Assembly (NCBI GenBank): GCA_964509095.1
Contig: CAZDXI010000001.1
Coordinates: 1 to 53,447 of the forward strand
Source: an uncultured Rhodobacterales bacterium
GTDB taxonomy: Bacteria > Pseudomonadota > Alphaproteobacteria > Rhodobacterales > Rhodobacteraceae
Direction of reading: 5' to 3'
Length of the DNA stretch: 53,447 bases
The translations under genes and the position numbers were made by a program. This document shows, piece after piece, positions 17,860-28,400 of this stretch. The stretch's first letter is position 1; the number at the start of each line of letters is the position of its first letter. The notes below the pieces were generated by a model that did not search any database, was not told the origin of the DNA, and worked only from the letters and a program-made list of their open reading frames with translations.

Positions 17860-19922
17860 CAGGTGCCGTCACCCTCGCGGACCTGTGCCTCTGCCCGACC
17901 CAGATCCATCACGCGATCCAGTTCCGAACCCAGCAGGGCCGCACCTGCGCTGCTCAGGTGATCATCATCGTAATACAGCGCCGCCCCATCACGGTACGTC
18001 CGGCACAGTTCTGCATCGCACAACATCTCATACGGGCGAATCTGCAGTGCGCCGCTGCGCTCCGTGATCTGGTCCAACCGCGCAATGATCTCCCGGTTGC
18101 GCGCGTCAAAGTCCGCGCGGGTCAGACCAAAATCGGAAATCGGGCGCCCCTGCAGGGACAGCTTGGCCAGCGTTTCGGGAACCTTGTGGCCGATTTCAGG
18201 GATTGGATAGACCACCGCAACTGTCAGGCCCGCGTCGGTCATCAGAGTAACCGCTTCCTCCAGCTTGCCCATCAGCTGATCCAGTCGCGCGTCTTCCGGC
18301 CAGCGACCCGTCTCGGCGTCCTCGAACAGGGTCGGGCCGAAATCCCTCTCTGCCAGACCGTAATCCACCAAGTATCCCTTTGCCGCCATGGCATATCGCG
18401 ACACAAGGATCACCGTGTCGAAACTCGGTGTGTTCAGGATGAACTCCATCGAGGCGTTGCCATAATCCACGCAGCGCCCGGTTTGCCCATCCAGTCGTTC
18501 CACATTGCGCACAGGAAGGCAGCCGGACCGGGACAGATAGGCCACCCGGTGCGATCCGCGAAACGCCGCCGCTTCGATCTCGGGCAGCAGTGCTGCGGCA
18601 TGGCTGTCCCCCCAGATCGCGATATTGGGGCCATCCTCGGGTTGATCTTTGGGCGGGCCAAAGACGCAGGCATCCGCGGGTGCGCGCCACGCGTTGGCGC
18701 CGCGCGCCGTGCATTCGCGTAACCTTGGGTGCTTGTCCTCCCGGAACGCCGCCAGACGCACCGCGTCCTCGGGCAGACGCCAGGACCAGCCCTGACCCAG
18801 CATCACCATCAGCGACAGCGCTGAAATCAACAGACCAGATGTCAGGGACGCCCCGAAAATGCCCCGACGGGACCAGACCATACCTTCGGTCAGTTCCGAC
18901 TTTGGGGCAGAGTGGCGCCGGAAGGGGGCTTCGATAAAGCGCCAGCTGAGCCAAGCCAGCAGGATAGACAGCCCCACAACGATGATCACGCCGCCCAATG
19001 CAGGCCGCTCCAGCGTCAGCTGCTGGTAAAACACGATGACTGGCCAGTGCCACAGATAAAGCGAGTAGGAAATCAGCCCCAGACCAACCATCGGGCCTGT
19101 AGACAACACCCGGTCGCTTAGAATGTCGCCGCGTCCGCCACAGATCAGCAAAAGCCCGGCTCCTGCCACTGGCAGCAGGGCGGCTGCTCCGGGAAAGACC
19201 GTCGCCTTGTCAAAACTCACGATGGCATAGGCGATCATGGCCAGCCCAAGAAGCGACAACACTTCCCTAAGCCCCCGTCTGATCTGAATGTCAGCAATAC
19301 TCAGCGCAATGAACGCGCCCACACCCAGCTCCCATGCGCGCCACGGCAACAGGTAATAGGCCATGTCCGGACGCATCGACGTGGTCATCGCGCTCAGCGC
19401 GAAGGACAGAAGCGTCACGCCCCCAATCACCAGCCTTGGGCGCTGTTTCAGAAACGCCAGAAGCATCATCAGCGGCGGGAAGAAGATATAGAACTGTTCT
19501 TCGATCGCCAAAGACCACGTATGCAGCAGAGGCCGATCATAGATTCCGGGGCTGAAGTAGCCTGTTTCGGACCAGAACAGAATGTTGGAGACGAAAAAGA
19601 CCGTCGCCAGAGCAGAGGCCGCCGTGTCCTCGAATTCCGCGGGCATGAAGACGAAATAGCTCACTGCCAGCGTGGCAAGAATCACCGCGAACAGCGCTGG
19701 CAGGATCCGGCGCGCCCGGCGTTCATAAAAGTTGATGATAGAGAACGTCCCAGCGCTGATCTGTCGATGCAGGATCGACGTGATCAGAAATCCGGAAATG
19801 ACAAAGAAGATGTCAACGCCCACAAAGCCACCGGACAAACCGCTGACATCCGCGTGAAACAGCACGACTGGCATGACTGCGATTGTGCGCAGCCCATCTA
19901 TGTCCCGCCTGTACCCGATCAT
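17859..19922 (-). CDS. Acyltransferase-3 with C-terminal SGNH domain (OafA/OatA-like)
   Basis: YRRDIDGLR, GGFVGVDIFFVISGFLIT, HTWSLAIEEQFY, ISYSLYLWHWP, WGDSHA, DDDHLS. Confidence 0.92.
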   Translation of the reverse strand: MIGYRRDIDGLRTIAVMPVVLFHADVSGLSGGFVGVDIFFVISGFLITSILHRQISAGTFSIINFYERRARRILPALFAVILATLAVSYFVFMPAEFEDTAASALATVFFVSNILFWSETGYFSPGIYDRPLLHTWSLAIEEQFYIFFPPLMMLLAFLKQRPRLVIGGVTLLSFALSAMTTSMRPDMAYYLLPWRAWELGVGAFIALSIADIQIRRGLREVLSLLGLAMIAYAIVSFDKATVFPGAAALLPVAGAGLLLICGGRGDILSDRVLSTGPMVGLGLISYSLYLWHWPVIVFYQQLTLERPALGGVIIVVGLSILLAWLSWRFIEAPFRRHSAPKSELTEGMVWSRRGIFGASLTSGLLISALSLMVMLGQGWSWRLPEDAVRLAAFREDKHPRLRECTARGANAWRAPADACVFGPPKDQPEDGPNIAIWGDSHAAALLPEIEAAAFRGSHRVAYLSRSGCLPVRNVERLDGQTGRCVDYGNASMEFILNTPSFDTVILVSRYAMAAKGYLVDYGLAERDFGPTLFEDAETGRWPEDARLDQLMGKLEEAVTLMTDAGLTVAVVYPIPEIGHKVPETLAKLSLQGRPISDFGLTRADFDARNREIIARLDQITERSGALQIRPYEMLCDAELCRTYRDGAALYYDDDHLSSAGAALLGSELDRVMDLGRAEAQVREGDGT

Positions 19923-20308
19923 TCCTTCACCAATACTACCATGACGTTAAAATCTCTGTTGCGTCAGGGCGCCATCAAAAGCTCGGACGAGCCATGACTC
20001 GCATTCCGTAGCCTGCGCCCCAACGCGCTACGTTCTGTGGTTTCCGGTACCTGTGAAGTGTCCTGAATACCCGCCCCGAGCCAGTCGATGGCACATGAAA
20101 TCGTCAAAATATGTTCTCCAAAAAAACTGGAAAATAGCAGCCGCATCGCGTGACCGCATAAAGTTCAATATTCTGCAAACAAACCACAAATCCGGACCAA
20201 ATGCCAAGACAACTCTTGTGTCTGCACGCTGGAATCCCTACCCCAGACGGGTTAGAAGTCTATTTTTGCACCAACTTTACACGGCTTGATTGAAGTTTCG
20301 GTTTTATC

Positions 20309-21970
20309 ATGTCTTTTCAAATTCAACCTTCGTTGCCGAAGATTCCCGGTTTGGGCGCGGCCCTTTTTGTTACTCTGATCACGGCAGCTTTGGCGTGGTA
20401 CCTGGCTGGCGCACCGGGCACCAACGGGATCGACGATGCCGCCATCACCCGGTCCTATTCCGAGAATCTCGCGAACGGACATGGGTTTGTTTACAACATC
20501 GGGGATGAACGCGTCGAAGGCGCGACCTCGTTTCTGTGGACTGTGCTGGTTGCCGTGCCCTACCTGTTCTGGGGCAACCCTGAATTTGCCATCCTGAGCA
20601 TCACGACCCTGTTCACGGTTCTGGCCGTGTTCTTTGGTCTGCGCGTCGCGCATCGCGCTGCAGGTGAATTGCCGGGTCTGACCGTTGTCGGGATCATGAC
20701 GGTTGCACTTATTGGCTTGCCCGGATTTTTCATATGGTCGGTCTGGTCCATGATGGAAATCGCGCTTTGGTCCGCGCTGTGCATGCTGCTTTTGGACCGT
20801 TTGTCGCTGCTCACCGAACCGAGCGAGACCCTACCCGCCTTTGACCCTGTGTTGCTTTTGGCAGCCTTAGCGATGCCATTGACGCGCCCCGAGGGAATCG
20901 CGGTGGCTGTCGGATTGGTGCTGTTGGCCTGCGTGTTGCGCCCCGCCGTTTGGCGTCCTTTGGGGCTGGCTGTGTTGGCGGCCCTTGCCTCTTTCGCCGC
21001 CCTTGTGCTGGGGCGGATCGCCTATTTCGGGTTCCCCTTTCCCAACACTTACTATGCCAAAGTGTCTTCGGACCGGCTGCAGAACATCGTCGACGGCGCG
21101 AAGTATCTGGCGAGCTTTGTCACCGAACAGCCCTTTGCCGAAGTTCTTGTCGGTGCCTGGGTCCTGCTGGCAGCCCTGAGCGGTGTTCGTCTGCTGCGTG
21201 CGCCGCGCCCCGGGGACCGCACGCGCCTGCTGGCCAGTGCGCTGGTTCTGGGCATTCTGTCTGTTTATGTGATGCTGGGCGGGGATCATTTCGCGCTTTG
21301 GCGGTTTTATCAGCCGATCATGCCGATTCTGGCGCTGCCGGTTGTCCTGTTCGGGGTCTGGGCGCTGCGGACACTTCCCAGACGCGGTCAGATCGCCGGG
21401 ATCAGCTTGGCGTTGTTCTTCTGGGCGGTGCTCAACAGCTTGGCCTTTTATCAGGAGCGCTTCGGGATCGCCAAGGAATACCAGTTGTCCATGCGCGGTG
21501 AAGTGTTCGGTCGTTACCTCAACGACATCTCCCCATCGCCCGTTCTGGGTGTCGTCGCAGCCGGAGGCATCGCGCTCACTTATGACGGCAAATTGCGTGA
21601 CCTCATGGGGCTGAACTGGGTGGAAATGGCTCATGCCAATCCGGTCAAGGTCGGCTTTCGGAACCATGCCAGCTTTGACGTCGATACGTTCTGGAAACAT
21701 CCGCCCGATCTGTTGGCGCTGTTTCACAAGACCCGATGCCAGCGTACTGGCTGGACCGAAAAATCCAGCGCCCAAGACACGGGAATCAAACAGCTTTATG
21801 GGCTGCCCCGGTTTCAGAACGCCTATACCCCGATCATCATGGACATGGGCAATGATCGCTGCACCAACGGCTTTGCCGCCAATAGCTGGCTGTCTCAGGT
21901 GAACACCCCCGGCATTACCGCCGTTGCGTGGGACGACCTGGTGATTGTCGGACGTCCGGGTGACTCATGA
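20309..21970 (+). CDS. GT-C-type membrane glycosyltransferase, AftB-like #2
   Basis: IDDAAITRSYSENLANGHGFVYNIGDERVEGATSFLW, LTRPEG, YFGFPFPNTYYAK, GGDH, DLMGLN. Paralog of 3947-5563. Confidence 0.75.
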   Translation: MSFQIQPSLPKIPGLGAALFVTLITAALAWYLAGAPGTNGIDDAAITRSYSENLANGHGFVYNIGDERVEGATSFLWTVLVAVPYLFWGNPEFAILSITTLFTVLAVFFGLRVAHRAAGELPGLTVVGIMTVALIGLPGFFIWSVWSMMEIALWSALCMLLLDRLSLLTEPSETLPAFDPVLLLAALAMPLTRPEGIAVAVGLVLLACVLRPAVWRPLGLAVLAALASFAALVLGRIAYFGFPFPNTYYAKVSSDRLQNIVDGAKYLASFVTEQPFAEVLVGAWVLLAALSGVRLLRAPRPGDRTRLLASALVLGILSVYVMLGGDHFALWRFYQPIMPILALPVVLFGVWALRTLPRRGQIAGISLALFFWAVLNSLAFYQERFGIAKEYQLSMRGEVFGRYLNDISPSPVLGVVAAGGIALTYDGKLRDLMGLNWVEMAHANPVKVGFRNHASFDVDTFWKHPPDLLALFHKTRCQRTGWTEKSSAQDTGIKQLYGLPRFQNAYTPIIMDMGNDRCTNGFAANSWLSQVNTPGITAVAWDDLVIVGRPGDS

Positions 21971-22015
21971 CACAGATCGCTTACCTTGCGCGCCCCTTGC
22001 CGGACCGGAGACGTG

Positions 22016-23626
22016 ATGCCTCTGACTGACATCGCCACGGCCACCACGCGGCTCTATGATGTCTGTGTCGCCGGTGCAGGCCCAGCCGGGATGTCCGCAG
22101 CCCTGTCCTTATCCGAAGCGGGTCATGCGGTCCTGCTGCTGGATGCCGGTTCCGATATGCCTGCCCCGCCCCCAGACGCGTCGCGTTCCAATCCGGGCGC
22201 ACATGAAGCGCTCGATATGACCCATTGTCAGGCGCTTGGGGGCACATCCTGGCTTTGGGGTGGGCGGATCATGCCGTTTGGTCAGGAAGAGTTCCAACAC
22301 AACAACTGGCCCGTGCCCTATGACAGCTATGCCCGGTATCTGGATGACGCTGCGGCCTTTCTGGGCGGGTCCGCTCTGGGTCGGCCCTTTCTGCACCCGG
22401 TCTGCTCGGAAAGCTTTGATCTGAACGCCACAGAAATGCAGGCCGTGGACGGACCCATCAGCGCGCATCACAAGGCCCGGCTGGACGCCGCAACCGGGCC
22501 GGATATCCTTTTGTCAGCCTCGGTTGTTGGGCTTGCCGTGAACCGGGATCCTCATGCCGGACCCTCCTGTACGGGCGTGCGGCTCCGGCTGGCATCCGAT
22601 ACCAACCTGCACGAGATCCGCGCCCGGGTGACGTTGATCGCAATGGGCGGGATCGAGACCGCGCGCCTGCTTCTGGCAGACCGGGCCCGTCACAACGACA
22701 GCCTTGGTCATTTGGAGGCTCTGGGGCAGCGTTATAGCGGTCACCTGACTGGTACGATTTCAACGATCCAGTTTCCTAAATCGACCCGACCGGGCCCTTT
22801 TGGCTGGCATCCGTCCCTGCAGGGCGGCTTTGAGAGACAAGTCTTTCGCAGTGTGGAACCGGATGCCAACATGTTCTTCTGGGCCAAGAACTGGCCGTCA
22901 GAGGACGCAGCCCACGGCTCCGGCATCCTGTCCGCCAAATATCTGCTGTCACGCCTCAGAGGCGCTTCTGACAACAACCAGACCCACAGCGGACCCGGCG
23001 CACCGGACGCGGCCGAAACATCCCCGGCCACCGCGCATCTGGGCAATCTGATCCGCGATCTGGCGACGTCCCTGCGTGCGGCCCCGGCCACCTACCGCGC
23101 CATGACCAATCGCGCGCGCAGGAAGCTGGACCATCTGATCCCGAACCATCGCAACTGCTACAAGCTCAATTATCACGCAGAACAGGAACAACGCGTCGAA
23201 AATCGCATTGACCTTGCAGGGCCGGTCGCGCCGGACCGCTTGCCGGACATTCAGATCACGTATGACTATTCGGATGCCGACATCGAGGCCGTGCTGCGCG
23301 GACATGCGCGTCTGGCAGACGAACTGACACGGTCGGGGCTTGCACAGCTGGACTATGATGTGGCCGCAGAAGAGAGAGCGGAAGTCGTGCGCCGCAAGGC
23401 CCGCGACGGGTATCATCAGATCGGAACGACCCGCATGGGCGGTGATCCCAGCGACAGCGTTGTCGACGGCACATGTCAGGTGCATGGGGTGCGCGGAGTG
23501 TATCTGGCCGGTTCCGGGATTTTCCCAAGCAGCGGCTCGGCCCCACCGACCCAATCAATCGTCGCCCTTGCGTTGCGCCTCGCCGATCATCTGTCGTCTG
23601 GTTTGACATCAGGTGACCTGCGATAG
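22016..23626 (+). CDS. GMC-family FAD oxidoreductase
   Basis: DVCVAGAGPAG, LGGTSWLWGG, GGIETARLL, HQIGTTRMG, IFPSSGSAPPT. GGAG RBS before ATG 22016. Confidence 0.88.
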   Translation: MPLTDIATATTRLYDVCVAGAGPAGMSAALSLSEAGHAVLLLDAGSDMPAPPPDASRSNPGAHEALDMTHCQALGGTSWLWGGRIMPFGQEEFQHNNWPVPYDSYARYLDDAAAFLGGSALGRPFLHPVCSESFDLNATEMQAVDGPISAHHKARLDAATGPDILLSASVVGLAVNRDPHAGPSCTGVRLRLASDTNLHEIRARVTLIAMGGIETARLLLADRARHNDSLGHLEALGQRYSGHLTGTISTIQFPKSTRPGPFGWHPSLQGGFERQVFRSVEPDANMFFWAKNWPSEDAAHGSGILSAKYLLSRLRGASDNNQTHSGPGAPDAAETSPATAHLGNLIRDLATSLRAAPATYRAMTNRARRKLDHLIPNHRNCYKLNYHAEQEQRVENRIDLAGPVAPDRLPDIQITYDYSDADIEAVLRGHARLADELTRSGLAQLDYDVAAEERAEVVRRKARDGYHQIGTTRMGGDPSDSVVDGTCQVHGVRGVYLAGSGIFPSSGSAPPTQSIVALALRLADHLSSGLTSGDLR

Positions 23627-23680
23627 GTCCCTGTTTCTGTGGGGCCTTGACCTATCGAGCCGAATTCATGGAACAGCGTC

Positions 23681-25126
23681 TCAGGTCACGATTGCATGCA
23701 CATATTTCCGCAGTTTTCGCAGTCTGCGGAGGGTCTTAGACAGACGTGGGCGCGTGTTTTCGGACGGGTTGAACGGCAATGCGTCCAGTTCCGGCGCCCA
23801 GAGCCGGATCAAGTCCCTGTGGTGCGCGCTTTTCATCCGGACATCCAAAGGCACGGACAGCATGAGTTCATAAGTTCGCTGGCAGTTTGCCACGTGAATG
23901 CGTGTTGCGCCGGTCAGGTCGATGGATTGCTCCAGATCGCCCATCCATCCTGCCATGCGTTGATCGATGAAAAACAGTTCGCGGTAATCAATCTCCGACA
24001 TCTCTTTGGGGTCGATGCTCTGTGTCCATGTCTTGAGGCTTGCGAGATTGCGTTTCTGTTTTCGCCGCAACAGCGGGTAAAACAAGTGCCTGTGGATCGA
24101 GTCATAAATGTCATCGCCCCCGGGTGCGTCCATATCGGGAAGCGAGGAATAGTAAACGCATCGCCCGACTTCAAAATATCCACCCCCCAGTATCAACCTG
24201 CCTGACAAAGGCGCCCATTGCCCGCGGGCATAAAGAAAGCGATCTGCTTGAGGACGTTCGCCGTGGCTGTGCAGATCCCATTTCTTTATCAGGTCGGGGT
24301 CCGTTTCTGTTGCGGGAATGATCTGATGGGACACGCCGGCGATCTCGGACAATTGCCGGGCCAGATCCAGATCCGATGTTACGCCGTTGTCCATCGTGTA
24401 GGTTGAGAAATTCAGATCCAGCTTTACCGCCGCCGCAAGCAACAGGCGAGAGTCATAGCCAGCCGTCAGCGGCAACAGAATTTCTTCATCGATACTGTCC
24501 GCAACGGACCGCACAGAAGCCAGCAAAGTGCCCCCAAGGTCGCTCAGAACATCTTCGTAGTCTCGGGTCGCTTCAGGACAAAGTTGGGCAACCTTACGCG
24601 GTATCCAGCGACCGTTTTCAATGCAGAGCGCAAAGCGCGGTGACGTTCTAAAGACATCGAGACCGGCGGTCGCCGGCAAGAGCACGAAATCCATGCCGAT
24701 TTCGTAGATCAGTTCATCCGTAATGGGTGGCGACTTGGACAACAGGGCGAGGCTGGACCCAATCACGGTGCCATCATGACCGGTCAACAACGGCAATGAC
24801 ACGGATGCATCGCCCAGCGCCATCTCGGCGGTTAGAAGGGCAAATCGACCACACCAATTCTGAGTGACCTCCGGCATCTCGGTCAGGGAGGTTTGCGCAA
24901 TCTGTGTCTCAGGTTGAGGCGCTCCGGCGACGGCTTGGTAGGCAAGTCCAAGCAGCAGGAGTTCGATCCCGTCAGACGTCATCAACCTTTGAACAGGTAG
25001 TTCAGGGCAGTGCCAAACCTGCAATCCACTCAGTTCAGTTTTCAACCAGTGCTTGGGAAGTTTTTCCGCAATATCAGATGAGTATGAAGCAACAAATTGC
25101 CGTCTGTGAACGCTGCTGTCCGGCAT
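23681..25126 (-). CDS. Asparagine-synthase-related (N-type ATP pyrophosphatase) protein
   Basis: LPLTAGYDSRLLLAA PP-loop variant, FSTYT, C-terminal LWAPELDALPFN. ATG 25126 preferred (ORF extends to 25315). Confidence 0.65.
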   Translation of the reverse strand: MPDSSVHRRQFVASYSSDIAEKLPKHWLKTELSGLQVWHCPELPVQRLMTSDGIELLLLGLAYQAVAGAPQPETQIAQTSLTEMPEVTQNWCGRFALLTAEMALGDASVSLPLLTGHDGTVIGSSLALLSKSPPITDELIYEIGMDFVLLPATAGLDVFRTSPRFALCIENGRWIPRKVAQLCPEATRDYEDVLSDLGGTLLASVRSVADSIDEEILLPLTAGYDSRLLLAAAVKLDLNFSTYTMDNGVTSDLDLARQLSEIAGVSHQIIPATETDPDLIKKWDLHSHGERPQADRFLYARGQWAPLSGRLILGGGYFEVGRCVYYSSLPDMDAPGGDDIYDSIHRHLFYPLLRRKQKRNLASLKTWTQSIDPKEMSEIDYRELFFIDQRMAGWMGDLEQSIDLTGATRIHVANCQRTYELMLSVPLDVRMKSAHHRDLIRLWAPELDALPFNPSENTRPRLSKTLRRLRKLRKYVHAIVT

Positions 25127-25384
25127 GAATAATCCAATAAAAGTCTTGAAATCAGCGTGACTTACCGTGGCTATATACGGCAAACTGAAATGTCTTTGGG
25201 CATTATGACAAATCAAATTGGTGAGTCCAGCTTGATTTATCGGGGTTGGACTACCCGCATTGTTGCACACTCTGGTCCGACACGTTTCGGTCAGGTATCC
25301 CCGAAAAGGTGCCACACGTTTTGCTATGTCAGAGTGTGTTCTTTGGCCGAAGTCTATGCAGCAATCAGACCTTCGGCGGGTGTC

Positions 25385-25449
25385 CGGTCCCGGCCATAAG
25401 CCGGAACCGATGCAAGTGTTTGGGGGACGTTGCGGGTCAAACCCGCAAC
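25385..25449 (-). terminator. Tandem hairpins just downstream of the G8-protein stop codon
   Basis: GTTGCGGGT-caa-ACCCGCAAC (25429-25449) and CGGTCCCGGC-cataa-GCCGGAACCG (25385-25409). The mismatch becomes a G-U pair on the minus strand. No U-tract. Confidence 0.45.
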
Positions 25450-25452
25450 ACC

Positions 25453-28400
25453 TTAGTAGAGCTCAAAGATCCCGACCTCGCCCGCGATCCAGCTCACGTA
25501 CTCAGGCAAGTGCAGCGTTTCGACATCCTTGGATGTTTCCTCTTCGACGAAGACCGAAGCCGATCCTGTCCCGAGTTCATCAAGGCGCAGGGCCACCGGG
25601 TCGCGCCCCTTCACAGAAGAGATATACCCGATGAACGCCGTGTCTGCGAATGAGGCGCCGAAGTCTATGGCACTGCTCTGATCGCTGACATCGCGTGAGA
25701 CACCGCTGGAGAAGTCAAATTCAGAACCCGTGCCTTCTTCAATCGAAACGACGAAGACTGTTTCTGCCTCAACCTCGGTGCCTCCGGCTTCTTCACCTTG
25801 CAGCTGCACGCGAACCGTATCGTTGTTGGTCGGTGTGGATCGCACAACAAGCGCACCATCGGTATTGTCCGAGCCAATCTGCATGAATGTTGGAGCGGTG
25901 CTGTGCAGGCCATCCATATTGACGGAGACAGCGCCTTTCGAGTTGGTCTCAACACTCTTGGCAGAGATCTGACGGCCATCAGCAAGCGTGTACTCACCTT
26001 CGGACATCGCCATCCAGCTGACCGTTTCACTTGTGTGACGACCGTCAAGGTAGTCCCATTCATCGATACGCAGCTCGAAACCGGTATCCGTGACGTTCCG
26101 AACACGCGCCATGGCAGGATCATCGCCAGCATCAGAAACCGGACCAACGATAACGACAGCGTTTTCAATCGCTTCCGAGAAGGACACGCTGATCCACTCG
26201 TTGTCTTCAAGGCGCGGCGTTGTCACCTTGCCAAGTTCGAGATGGGCATCTGTGTCTGTCGGCGCGGGCTCGTCAACCACTGGCGGTGGTGTGGGGCTCT
26301 CATCGACAGGCGGCGTGGTGTCTTCAACTGGCGGAGGCGTCGTATCTTCCTCTGCAGGCGCAGGGCTGTCTTCTGCAGCAATGCGAGAGTCGACAAGCTG
26401 GGTTCCACCTCCCCAATCCTTGCCATCTTCGAAGTTATATGCGGCAAGAATGTCTGGGTTAGACGTATCGGCAGAGGATCCAGCGAGCTGGCCTTCACTG
26501 AGTGCGACGTCCCAGACACGGAGATCATCAATGGAGCCAACAAGACCACGGGACAGGCTTTGACCGTCGCCGAGCGTGTCGATGCTCACGGTCTCATTCC
26601 AGTCTTCTGTCGTTTTGCTGACTTCCTTGCCATCCAGATACAAGGTGACAACACCATCTTCCCGCACCACAGCATAATGCGTCCAGATGCCGTCAACGGA
26701 TTTCACAGGAGAACTGACGATGTCGTGTTTGCCGTGCGACACGGTCAGACTGCCATCGTGGAAATTGACGTCAAACTTGTCGCCGCCAACAATGGCATCT
26801 GCGCGATTGATGTTCTTGTTTTCGGCCAAGTTTATCCAGGCTTCGACCGTGAAATCACCGCTCAGCGTCACTTTGGGGATCGTAACGCCGGTTTTTGTCA
26901 GCTCAAGTGCTTTACCAGTGCCGCCGGTTGGTTCACCAGTTCCACCGGTATCGTCGGTGTGACCACCAGTTCCGCCGGTGTCGTCGGTGTGACCACCTGT
27001 TCCGCCGGTGTCGTGGTCATGTCCATCGGTACCACCCGTGTCATCAGTGTGCCCATCGGTGCCACCTGTGCCGTGGTCATGTCCGTGGCCACCATCTGTG
27101 GTCATGTCACCTGAGTGGGTAACCGCGTAGGAATCCTGCACCACGATCTCATTGGATGGCAGGGAGAAGCTGTCGATCTCAAATTGTTCGAGATATGCGT
27201 CGGTATATCCCACCAGCTTGATGTCGATCCGGAACGGGTGATGTTCCCCAGTGACCCGGTCCGTGATCCACAATGCCACCGGCATGATCCAACCGCCGCT
27301 TCCGTCGCGCATCGCGCCGTGCATGGCGATCAGCTCTTCCGGCTCGGGCTTGCCGTTAAGATTGGTGGTTGTGTCGATACCATCATGGTCTGCCGTAGAC
27401 GTTGTTGTCCAACGGTTGGAGCCCAGTTTCAGGGTTCCGGCGCTGTCTGTAATGGTTCCCGAAATGTAAACTTCGTTATCTCGGACACCCATTGTCAAAT
27501 CCGAAGAGCCGTCGATTTTCAGCGTCGGTTTATCCATCAGCTCAATGTCGGAGAAATCCTGCAAACGCCCGGTTCCATAGAGGCTTGCATCAAGCTGTTT
27601 ACCAACATCCTTGAAGGTGTTTCCGATATACACACCATCATTGTTCAAACCCGCATCAGAAATTGCGATCCTGAACCCTTCGAAATGGGTGTTGATGACG
27701 GATGTGCTTTCATGCTTGTGCGGCATCTTGATGGCGCGTCCTGCGCCGCCTTCGGCCCCGATGAAAAGACCATCTCGGATCACATACTCGCCTGTGTAGC
27801 TGAAGATATCGAAGACCCGATCCACTTCCCAGGCGACCATCCCGATCATGTCACTGCGCAGATCGGTCGTGATGCTCACGGCCTGGCGGTGACCGGTATC
27901 CACAACCGTATCCACGGCAATGGCCGAGTTGTTGTGAAAGCCGATGATCGCCGGTTCTTCATTGTCGAGCACCGGCTTGAGCGGTGCGGGATCAAAATGA
28001 ATGGCATCCCGATCCGGGTTGTCCACGCTGACTTCGGCGCCGCGATACATCCAGCCGGTATTGGCGTTGGCCGCGATGTTATCCTGCTGGATGATCTGGC
28101 GGGCCTGATTTTCATAGGCGACGCCGCTGTGACCGAAGTCCGCATTCAGTTCGTCGCGTTCAATTGAAAACTTGCTTCCGGCACCGGGAATGTTGGTGAC
28201 AAAGTTCCCGATCCACTGGCCGATTTCGTCCCCGTCCTCGGAGACGATACCGGCACCGTCGATGTTGTGCACAAAGTTGTAGTCGACAGCCGCAGCGCTT
28301 GAGTGTTGCACGATGCCCCAACCGGGGGATCCGTGTACCGAGTTTCCAAGCAGGACCGACAAAGACGTGCCCGCATCCGTTCCGGTCTCATGCAGGTGCA

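Noticed and set aside
26941-27090. 30-bp periodic repeat as a possible CRISPR array
   Set aside because: No unique spacers, in-frame coding with third-position variation, and no cas genes.
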